From: Blepharisma stoltei ATCC 30299
Lineage: Eukaryota; Protista; Ciliophora
Reading direction: 5' to 3'
DNA: 64,000 bases
NCBI GenBank assembly: GCA_965603825.1
Contig: CBFDEM010000039.1
Span: 248,001 to 312,000 of the forward strand
This document shows, piece after piece, positions 24,855-35,700 of the stretch; the first letter of the stretch is position 1, and each line of letters begins with the position of its first letter. The position numbers and the translations under genes are program-made. Under the pieces are notes generated by a model, which made no database searches, was not told where the DNA came from, and saw nothing but the letters and a program-made list of their open reading frames with translations.

Positions 24855-25282
24855 ACTTATAGCTATTTATAGGAGAAAATGTATAAACTAGCACTTTGAA
24901 ACATTAATTTGAGCTAATTAATAAATTATGAGAAATATGATTGACTTAAAGCTGAGGATGCAGAAATTTTTATTACAATCCAAAATGATATTCCATTTTA
25001 AAAATTGATAATGTGCATAAAAAGACATATAAAACCTTTTTATTTGATATGAGAAATTTGAAATTAAAATTCGATAAACTGTTTGGGTAGATACATAAAG
25101 TAATGATAATACATCAGTTAGCTTCTACTAAAATTAATAGAAAGCAACTCAAGCTAGCTAGATTTTAAAATAATTTTATTCTTTAGCTCCTAATATTAAT
25201 ATTTTATGGAATATTTTTCTTCTAGATATGAAATGAAATAACTTGTTTAAAGATATATGTATTTTTTATTTTGGCTATTTAA

Positions 25283-25792
25283 TTAATCGTAGACCATATA
25301 AAAGCATGAGACAAAAGCAACAATTAAAAGCCCAAGCAAGGAAATATCTAAAATCGCTGCACCAATTCCTCTCCCTCTTGACCCGCTCATCTTATACCCG
25401 ATAGAATATACAGTTCTACCAATAATGTAAGCAGCTCCTAGCCCAATAGTCCAATATGGAAATTCTAAACCTGCAATTGGAATACAAACTAAAGGAGCAT
25501 GAGCACCTTCCAAATAATTTCATTGAATTCTTTGCGCATTATTGAAATCGTACCAATCCTTTAAGGGCAATTTCTTTGAGAATCTTCCACTCCCAGTGTC
25601 AGGATACCCTTGGAAATCTGGTTCTCTATGAAACGCTTCAATAAATTCTTCAGTGAAATTTTCTTTCATGAATCTTGGTGTAAAAGTTTTAAGTCTACTT
25701 GGAGAAACAAAAACATACGTAAAAAGCGTAAGTTGAAAGGCAATTAGAATCTCTATAAAAATCACCCATCCATAGTCGTCAGGCACGTCCAT
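25283..25792 (-). CDS. MAPEG family protein (microsomal glutathione S-transferase 3-like), TGA=Trp
   Basis: GYPDTGSGRFS, FNNAQR, GRTVYSIGY, RGRG; TGA at 25520. Confidence 0.85.
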
Positions 25793-25953
25793 TTATTATC
25801 TTATATTTATGAGTTTTCAAGAAAATTCGTTGTTAAAGGAAATCAATTATAAATCACTTGGCTTTGTTTTTTTTTATTTCGCCATTCTTTCTTTAATTTC
25901 CAAATGCCAAATTTTAAAGCAATAATTATAATAGCTAAAATCAAAGTGCAAAA

Positions 25954-26763
25954 ATGCAAGAAGCCCTTGAAGAAGCTTACGTAAGGTTCCTATATAATCT
26001 CCCTCTAGAAGAGCAAGAGCCCGAAAGGCTAATGGTTAACATGGAGCAAGCACACTGGCTTTACGAAGACGAGCTTGCCAATAACATTGACATCCCATCA
26101 TTAAAATTTCACAAGTTCGTCAAATACATGAAAGACACATTTAACATCCTCCCAAACTACTCTACCAAAGAGCTTATCGACATTTATGAAGACTACAAAG
26201 CACAGATCCCAGTAAGAGGAGGAATCCTATTGAACTCTCAAATGGACAAAGTTTTGCTCGTCACAAATTACAACTGCAGAGTCTTTGGCTTTCCCAAAGG
26301 CAAAATAAACGAAGAAGAAAGTGATGAAGCATGTGCATTGAGAGAAGTCAAAGAAGAAGTCGGATATGACGCTTCACATTTGCTAAACCCAAGCGATTAC
26401 TTAGAGCTTCCTGGAGGACATATCAAACTTTATATTTTCCCAAATGTCGCTGAAACTTATAAATTCGAAACTAACACAAAAGGTGAAATTGGTCTAATAG
26501 AATGAATTAAGCTTGACGACATTCCATCCAAAAAAAACAAAAATTCAAACTTATATAGGAGCTACAAATTCGGAAAAGTCCACGAATTTTTGCCTGACCT
26601 AAGAAAGTGGATTAAAAATAAGAAAAGTGAAGAGCTTGTAGAAGTAAAAGAGGAAAGCTTAAAAATCGATTTCAAATTCAACTCTTCAAGCTTGTCAGAT
26701 TTTAAATTCAAAATTTATCGTCTGCAAGCTTTGCTTGACTATTATATTCCACCTTTGTCATAG
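25954..26763 (+). CDS. DCP2: mRNA decapping enzyme Dcp2, TGA=Trp
   Basis: Box A RFLYNLP...EQAHWLYED; Nudix FPKGKINEEESDEACALREVKEEVG; EIGLIE(W) at 26503; ends TAG. Confidence 0.92.
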
Positions 26764-26789
26764 TGTTAATTCAAATAATTATGATAAAA

Positions 26790-27371
26790 TTATCTCACCT
26801 TCTTCATGCTGCAGTTCCCAAGCATGAGATTTTCCCTTAAAAACATCCTAATAAAATGTCCATGTGTAACAATGACAATAACTTTTTCTTTTCTCGTATT
26901 TAAGAAGTCGTCAAATCTTAAAGCTCTTCGACATACGCTATCTCGTGGCTCTTTGATTAACACTTTCGGGTTATTTTTATCACAAAACCACCAATATTCG
27001 TCTTCGAAATGCATAAACTCATAGTCTGGATGTAGAGCTCTGAGCTGTGATAGTGGCAATCCTATATCACAAGTGGTGTCTGTTCTTTCTGCAATCAGAG
27101 GAGTGATTATTACAGGGCACTCTGAGCCTTCAAATACGATTTTCATAGTTTCAATAGCTCTGGTGAATGGAGAACAAATAATCAAGTCGCATCTGGCTAC
27201 GACATCTTGATATTTCTCTCTAGCTTTTCGGGCTTGTTTTCTCCCTTTTTCTGTCAAATTGGCATCATAAAATTCAGGAGATTCGGACATCCATTCCCAT
27301 GGTTTAAACCAATGCTTGAATGCTCATTGATTGTATGTAGACTGCGCATGTCTGAGGACATAAACTTCCAT
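26790..27371 (-). CDS. Histidine phosphatase (phosphoglycerate mutase family), TGA=Trp
   Basis: N-terminal LRHAQS recovered through a TGA; DANLTEKGRKQA, SPFTRAIET, VTHG. Confidence 0.9.
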
Positions 27372-27416
27372 TTAAAATTAAAACAGTTTTTGTGATTTTA
27401 AATTGTTATTTATAAG

Positions 27417-28010
27417 CTATTTATGCTTCTCAATCATGCTTTTATTTCTAGAGAGTTTTGGATATCTGAATGGGTTTCCTCCGTTTCTCTGCAAGCATGC
27501 ATCGTCAAATATTGTGAATTCTCCAGATTTTCTCCGAAATGCTGCTGTGTCATTGGAAACAGCTTCTCAGTACTTTTTGTGCATCTTAGGGATTGTTTTT
27601 AATGCATAGTCCTCAAGCCCTCGAAGTTTATGGCTGGTTGTGCTTGGTCTAGATTTTATATTAGCATGCGAAATTGGGTCAAAATTTGTTTTCTGATAAT
27701 TAATCATTGAAAACTTTTTGTTAAATCGTCAATCAGTGCCCTCAGACTCACTGTTAGCATGATAATGTTTGACCTGAAGATGGCTTGAAGATGGGATTCC
27801 AATGAAAGGTGTTGAGTTTGTAAATAAAGCTAAAGAGTTACTTCTTCTTGTTTGTAAGTTAACACGAGCACCTTTAAATTCAGTTGCATTAAAATTTGGT
27901 TGAGAGTTTGGATAAGCTAAATAGTCAGGCAATCGAGAGAGATGAAAATGAGTTGTGCTATTAATTTGGGCTGATGATAGCCCTGCAGGCTTTAATGTGC
28001 CATTTTGCAT
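27417..28010 (-). CDS. Hypothetical protein (197 aa), 2 TGA=Trp
   Basis: Continuous frame through two TGAs to TAG at 27417. Confidence 0.65.
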
Positions 28011-28210
28011 TATTTGAAGGTGAAGTTTTTGAAGTAATTAAATATTAGATAACAAACACTAAATATGGCCAAGAAGTCTAATAAACTTATTATTTCTATG
28101 CTAATAGCATAAAATAAGCCTTATAAATGATAATTTCAAATTTAAAGAATATTTATTTAACCTATTTTTGTAAATCGATCAATTATTGCTCAAGTCTAAA
28201 AAAAATAATA

Positions 28211-29314
28211 ATGCTGCCAGACATTAGGCTTAAAAAATTCCTAATCACTGATCTTCCTACAGGTGGGAAAAACAGTCTAAGCTCCAAAAAATCGCAAAAA
28301 ACTCTAAAAGTTGCACGAAGAACTGCATCCGATAATATTCACATTGAAGATGACTTTGAACTTGAAGAAACAGGCGATTATAAGAGGTTTTTCACTTCTC
28401 CATCAAAACTTGATCAGGGATTAAAATTTGATGAAAAAGGTACAATTCTGCCAAGAAGTATTGTGGGATCTCCAAAGCTTTTTGAAAATGATAAAGGGTC
28501 CAAATTCCTTGGAAGGGATTCTTTACCTTCATCTCATAGAACACAAACCAGGAAATTCACTAGCATTAGGAGGACTATGATAAGCGATGTTAACTACGAT
28601 TCCAAATTCAAAGAAAAAATCACCCAAATCAGCGAGAATATTAACCTAGGCAAAAGATCAATGACTGAAAGATATCTTAATTTAAGGCCAGACCAAAAAT
28701 ACGTTATTTTAAAAGATACAAAGGCTTTAAAAACATTTAATAAGATACAAGAAGACTGAGATAAACTTGAAAGAAACTTAAGTAGAAAAGTCCATAAATC
28801 GCCCGAGGACTTGCTATCAACACGAGCATGAGAGTCAAGATCAAAGTTTGAAGAGCTGGATTATATTGAAAAAGGCAAAAACAAATCTGAAGAATATAGA
28901 CGATACGACTGAATTATGTCCTTAAGGCACTGCCCAGGAGAAGTCTTGGACGCTTATGTAAATATAGGCTCACCTCTTGGTGGACTTTATGTTAGAGTCA
29001 AAGAAAGCCCAGACACTCCTTGTGAGCTGATAAGAAAGCCTGGACTTACAAAATCAAGTCTAAAAACTTATAAAGATAGCCCATATCTTTTGAAGACTTT
29101 GTCATTAACGAAATCCTTGAGAACTCCAAGCTGCCCTGCTATGGATGAACTTCAAGTACTTGGGTTATCGAAATTTCCACTAGAGCTTGAAGCTGCTCAA
29201 ACTGCTGGGCTGGAGAAAGTCAAATATAATTTAGCAAAAGAATATACAGAAAATGAAATAATTACTGAAAACTATGAAAGGCCTTATTCTTTCCTTTCAA
29301 AGTTAATTAAATAG
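28211..29314 (+). CDS. Protein resembling the N-terminal region of MYCBP-associated protein (ciliary), 3 TGA=Trp
   Basis: FDEKGTILPRSIVGS resembles, from memory, the MYCBPAP GxxLPHSILG motif; three TGAs join the ORFs; family assignment tentative. Confidence 0.55.
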
Positions 29315-29758
29315 TCTATTATTATAATGTTTAATTTCAAAGCTTAGCATCAAGTTTGAGAATTTTCTTTCTTATGCTCAAACTACAATTATAAAATAAT
29401 TCGAAATTTATTTTGACTTTAAAAAAATTAAATACTTAATATACTCTTCTCTTAGCATTGATTTTGCAATATTTTTTTCAAAATTCATTCACATTCAAAA
29501 AATAAAGATTAAAGTAAAATTCCAAAATTTTGATTTAAAATGCAAAATGTCCTAAACCCAATTCCAATCCAGAATAGGACTAAAATAGGATTTTATTTAT
29601 TTCAAATTTAACTGCTTTTTCTCCTAAAAGACACTATTTCTTCCTTCTTCCCTTCAATTTATTTCTAATATAATTTTCCCCTCATATTCCCAATTTCTAT
29701 CAACCTATCACCTTGCTTATGCATTAGACTTTCTCCTAATTCCATAATATTTCTAAAT

Positions 29759-32700
29759 ATGAAAATCGGTGAGGCGAATGGCAACACAATCGAAGGTGTC
29801 TCTGAATGGGTTCAAGAAGTGAAATCTCTTCCATCCACTCAGTTCATTGAATACCTCTCTAACCTAAAACATTGGGAATGGCAACGAATCGATGATTTAT
29901 CCCCCATCGCTCCGATTCTTGACCGAATAGATGAGCTTCTCAATCAAGCTCTGCAAGAGGAAAACCATCAGCTCTTGATCTTTCTATTAGAAAAGACCCA
30001 AATTCTCCTAAAATCAGCAACATCTAAATCACTTTACAACTCCGTAGACGAGCTTTTATTGATTTTGGATATGCCAGATTGGGAGATTGTGCATAAGGCG
30101 CTCCAGGTGTTCCACGTATTAGTCAACCGAATCACTCCGACGATGAAAACCACGAAAGCTCACAGTAACTCTGTGCTGGCCAACAAACTTTATGCGATAG
30201 GTCTGGGGCCAACATTGAATAATCCGAATCCCCTTTCATTACAAATGCTTTGTTCGGAAGAAAATGTCCAGCCATTGAAATTTCAGTACTTATCGGGAGA
30301 CGAACTAATTGAGACAGATGAAAATGTCCCAGAACATTTAAAATATATTTGGGAAAATAGAAAGAGGACAAACCAGATCATTGGGAATAAGGAAAAAAGG
30401 CAGCTCGTTGCTGCATGCCAGCTATTAGCACTAAGTGTGCTGCTGCAGATGAACCCCGATTTCCATATGATACAGGATTTTTGCAGATCATTACCAGAGT
30501 TGTGGCTGCTTCCAAGCTTGTCAGAATTGCTAAGAATGCAGGTTAGTTCCTCAATTCATATCCAAGTCATCTATTTGCTCTCAGCTATTCTGGTCATGAT
30601 GGAAGGACAAACAAATCGCCATGAGCCTTCTCAAAGCCAGCTTATAACAGCGACCCACAATTTGCTTGCAGCATGGCAGCAGCACGGGCTAATGCAGTCT
30701 CTTCTGCGTGACATAGTCTACCCATCTCCTGCAATGATTACTTTTGAGACATCTCGAAACCCAGAATTTGTCTCCTCAATTCTGCACCTTTCAAGCATAA
30801 TTGCTGACTACAAGTTCAGAGTGGACTCGTCCCATGTCCATGGAATGACTTGTTCACTATTGCTTCTATTGAAGCTCCCAGAGCACAATACTTATAGCTT
30901 TATGATGGAATCTATTGCGAAGGGTGTCAGAATTTTATCAGTCTTGATATCACATAATATTGACATGTTCAGAGAAATCGATGGAATGAGCACTGTTTTA
31001 CGGTTACTCAATCATGAACTCGTTATCAATGCTGAGCCAGTTGACTGCTTTTATGAGCATTCTTCTGATATTGTGCCGTCTCCAGCTGTAAGATCTTATC
31101 TAATTAGAACTCTCTTACGTATCCTTAAAATCGCACTCAATAAGTTGGAAACAGTCCCAGGAGTTTCTCATAATGAAATCAGAACTATTATAGACAGCGG
31201 ACTAATGGCAGCTTTAAGGAAAAATTTTGAAAAACAGAAATTTGATATTTATGAGCCTTCTTTGCAGCTATTATCAATTATGGTAAATGATAATCCACAT
31301 CTGGTCAACGAGTTTTTGTCAGATGGAACTATTGTTGCTTTATTTAACTCGTTAGAAACACAGCTGCCACCACAGCCTAAACTTATGGGAATTTTGGCAA
31401 GATTTTTATGTGCTACAGCTTTGAATACTGAAGGAATCAAAATTATAGAAAATTTCAATACGATACCAAGACTTTTACAAGCATTGGGAAATTATGAAAC
31501 CTCTGTGCTTTCTAATGAAGTTGCTATTGGAATTGGAGAAAGCTTGCAGGAATTAATGACTTTGGTTCCTGGATTGAGAGATAAAACAGTAGATGGCTGC
31601 ATTCAATTGGTGAATACAACGCAATTTTGCAATCTTTCTGCGAAAGAATCCTTTTTCACCCAATTGACAAATATTGCGAAACTCTTAGGAATGCTTTTTA
31701 ACTACTCTAATGACTTAATTAGAGGGTTTATTGATAAAGGTGGCCTAGATGGATATTTTGCAATTTTCAGGCTCCCTATCTTGCCTCTTACTTATAATAA
31801 CGAATTCCACTCAGCTTTACTATGCTTTAAATCAATCCCTATGAACCTAACACTAGTCGTGCTCAGCAAAATTCTTACAATTTTAAACCAAAATTTATCA
31901 AAACTAGAAGATTTCATTGGTCCATTGCATTTAGCTAAAGACTTCAGCAATGTGACAGCTAATAACCATGACGAGTTTATGCATGTTTTGACATCAATAG
32001 ACTCATTTGTAGACATGACAAGAATTGTAAGCCAATATGGTACCGGAATAAGCAACATAGTCAGTGACCTTTGTGCAACTTTAGTCCAGTTATCACATTT
32101 TATGAGACTTTTAATAGCAGAACAAGCAAGACTATCACCATTTAGTAAACCAAATGAGAAGAAAACAGATAAATTTAACATGCCAATTGATATCAGCGAC
32201 ATTGAAAACGCAACACTGAAAAGCTATGATGAAAATTTTTATTTTACCTGTCAGCTATCTGTTAGAAGACTTTTTAGATTTGCGACAAGGATTTCAGCTG
32301 CAAAAGGCAGAAATAGTATCAGTGAAGACTCAAGCTTGAAAATCAGCAAAACTATGGGAGAATTAATGGCAGGACTTATCAAACTTTTGAACTTAGACGA
32401 GCCTAGCCAAAGCAAAGCGTATTATTATTGCTTGCAGCTGTCTGACATACTAAAAATCCTTTTGCATGACCAAGGATCAAGCCCTTCCACAATATGGGCA
32501 TTTTTCCAAGCAGGAGGAATAGACCACTTAATAAACTTCATTAAGCAGCTCAATGCTATTTCGCTTTCTCTTCATAAGCAAAGAGACCTTTCCTATGACC
32601 TGGCCAACTCTTTACAAATTCTTTGGAATTTGTGTGGAAAAGCTATGGAAGGCTTAGCTAATGGAAAATATCAAGGCCCTCCAGGTATCAATTCAGTACT

Positions 32701-35700
32701 AAAATCTCTTGGAGTCGCTAGTGGCAAACACGTTGTCAGAAAAATGCAAAATTTAGCAGTTGACTGCATTAAAGACCTGAATTATTTAGAAACTGGAGTT
32801 TTATCCACAGCTTTTGCGAAATCTGTATTAGAAGTAATCAAGCAAGTGTTAGAACAGCCGCATGATAATGATTTATCGCCTCCACACTTTAGCGATCAAG
32901 CTGCAGCAAGACCAATAGGTGAGATGGGGTTAAATGAAGCTTTAGAAAGGCATTTATATATGCAGCCAGGGTCATCAAACTATCACCATTTTAGAGATGC
33001 AAGGCACAGTCATAGTGATTTTTCTAATATGCCTCCTGCACCTACCATAGAAAATGTCCACCAAATTTTAATCGATTATTTGCCTGCAATTTCACCGTTA
33101 GCTTCAAGTGTAGCAGATTTATTGTTGAAACTCTGCAATAAAACTAACTCTCAAGGCCCAGAAATCGCTCTCATGCTACTCTCCTTAATAGGTAAACTTG
33201 CAAAGGACTTGCTAGGGGTCAGCTCCCTATATGATGTCACGCTAGGTATGAGCTCTCTGCAGCCAGTTGAAATAGAAGCAGACTTCGGCCAATTGTCAGC
33301 TGCCATCCAAACCCTTTCATTTTTATCAGCTAAATCCAATGACATTTTGGAGTTTGTCAAGCAAAATAACTTTACAGAGCATGCCCTCAATTTTATATCA
33401 GCCGCAAATGAAAATTCCAGAAAAGGTAACCACGAGTGGATGGCTCCTTTGTTTTCAATTCTCGATACCCTAGTCCGGCTTTGCAATGCTGGAAGCTTCG
33501 ACATGATTGAAGCCATTTCGAAATTCCTCAAATCTACCCACGAAACAAAATCCAAGCTTGCCCAAACTGAAGTCTTTTCTCTTTTAACGCTTTTAATTTC
33601 TCTGACTTCAGACCCCTCCTATGCAAAGTCATTTGTGGATAACGACGCTTTATTTTCTCTCTTAACTGTCACTGTAATTTCTCCAGAACCAAAAGTTCGA
33701 GGTCTCCTAACCACTTATTTCAATTTCCTCAAACAAATATCTGAAGACCCTTATATTTTGCAAAGTGTTTTCGAAATTGCTATTAAAGGAGCATTGATTG
33801 GTTCACCTTCATTAGACAATTTCATGAAGAATTTCCGCTCTCAAGTCACAAGAAGTAAAGACATATTCCAGAGGGCCTTTGAAAACGTGTGCTCCTGCTT
33901 TAGGAGGGATAATAAGGTGTATGTAGAAGAAAGGAAGGAAAGAGAAGAAATTTCTGCTCCAAGATGGGACATGGTTACACCAATTGCAAATGCACTTGTA
34001 GAAGCTTTTAATGCTGAGCAAACAGGGAAGTCTGAGCTTTTGCTACAAAGTGAACAAATTATGTCACTTTTGGCAGATTTAATACAAACTTATCCTCTTA
34101 TGATATCAAGCTTGATCCCGCTCAACGTTAAAGGGGTAAAACCTGCTTCAAGTCATAAGCATTCACGACGATTTTTAACACAGCTAGTAAGAAACTATAT
34201 TCAAAAACCTCATGTAAAACTATTAAGGGCCTTGACTTTTAAACAAGCTCATAGACAGCCAAATACCCCTGTCGCGCACATTTTCAATACATCAATTTGT
34301 AGCAATAACATCCCTGTACTGAAAGCAAGGAAAAGAATTTTCACAGAAATGAAAGAGATGCTTGCAGAAGAGTCAAAAAAGAATTGGTCTGATAGTGAAA
34401 AATCTATGAGTACTATCAAAAATATAGCAATCACCATCATGCAACTATTAAGAGAGCCTGCAAAAGCGCCATTCACACGCAACAATCCTGCAGAAATCGC
34501 AAGATTTTTGGTCTCTGACCAATTGAATATGGTTAGACTGCTTTCTGACTGCTCAAAAGGAGTTAAGCTTTCCTTTAAAAAAGCTGGCTCTCTTCTCAAT
34601 CTCTTATTAGCACCCTTAGAATTGCTCACAAGATATAACATAAACTTCACTTTACATTTGGCCCGGCACCAAACTCATGAACTTGAAGAAGTAGTCGATG
34701 AAAACCCTGAAGATGAGGATGTGCCCAAATATGATATGTATCCTTTAGAAGAGCAAGAATACGGAGAAGAGGACATAGAAGAAGAGGAAGGAGAAGGAGA
34801 AGAGGAAGCAGAAGGAAGCGAAATCAGCTTAAACTCAGGCACTGAAGAAAGTGAAAGCCAAGAAGAGCTTGAAATAGGAGAAGTAGAAGGCATGGAAGAC
34901 CATGAAGAAGACGAAGATGCCGATTTAATTGAAGAAGAAAGCGACGATATAGAAGATGAAGAGCTATTAGACGATATTGTCATTGAAAATCGAAACACAG
35001 ACGCGTTTTGGGCTGATGACTTTGAAGAGGAAGAAGAAGACCCTGCAAGAGAAGGCTGGATGCAAGCTAGACCTACTGATCTTACCCATGCAGAAAGGCA
35101 TTTACTTGAACAAGGCGTTTTTGGCGCTGAAGTTGACGAAATTCACCCTGGAATCCTTTTCCAAACCTCGAATCACTCCCCCAGTCAGTTTGTCAGAGAA
35201 ATTAACGATGAAGGTCCCATCATGCAGCTGATTCGAGATTTTGATAACCCTAACGATGAATTTCTCCAAGTCTTGCTACATCGTAACCGTCACACAGGTG
35301 AAGCCATGCCAATAAGGCCTCCTGAGTACAACAGAACTGACCAAGTTGAAAACACCATCTCAGAGCTGACCACTATTTTTGCTCAAAACGCTTTGATTGC
35401 ACAAGAAGTCTCACAAAAAGAAGCTGAAGAATCTCAGCCAGCCCAACAGCTGAATTTCGATATGGAAGTTGAAGAAGAAAGCCCCGCACAAGTGCCACAA
35501 GAGAGAGAAGTTGTCGTTGAAAATATTCCACAGGAGCGCAGGCGTGAAGAAGTCCAAATCCAGCTACCTGAAGGGATCGATCCTGCATTTTTGGACGCAC
35601 TCCCTCCTGACATTAGAGAAGAAGTCCTTGCACAATACAGACATGCAGATCCCCAGCCACAAGAAATCGAGCCAAATATTAGTGAAGAATTTTTAAATGC

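Noticed and set aside
34680-35045. GAA-rich tract as a microsatellite or insertion
   Set aside because: It encodes the acidic region typical of HUWE1/Tom1.
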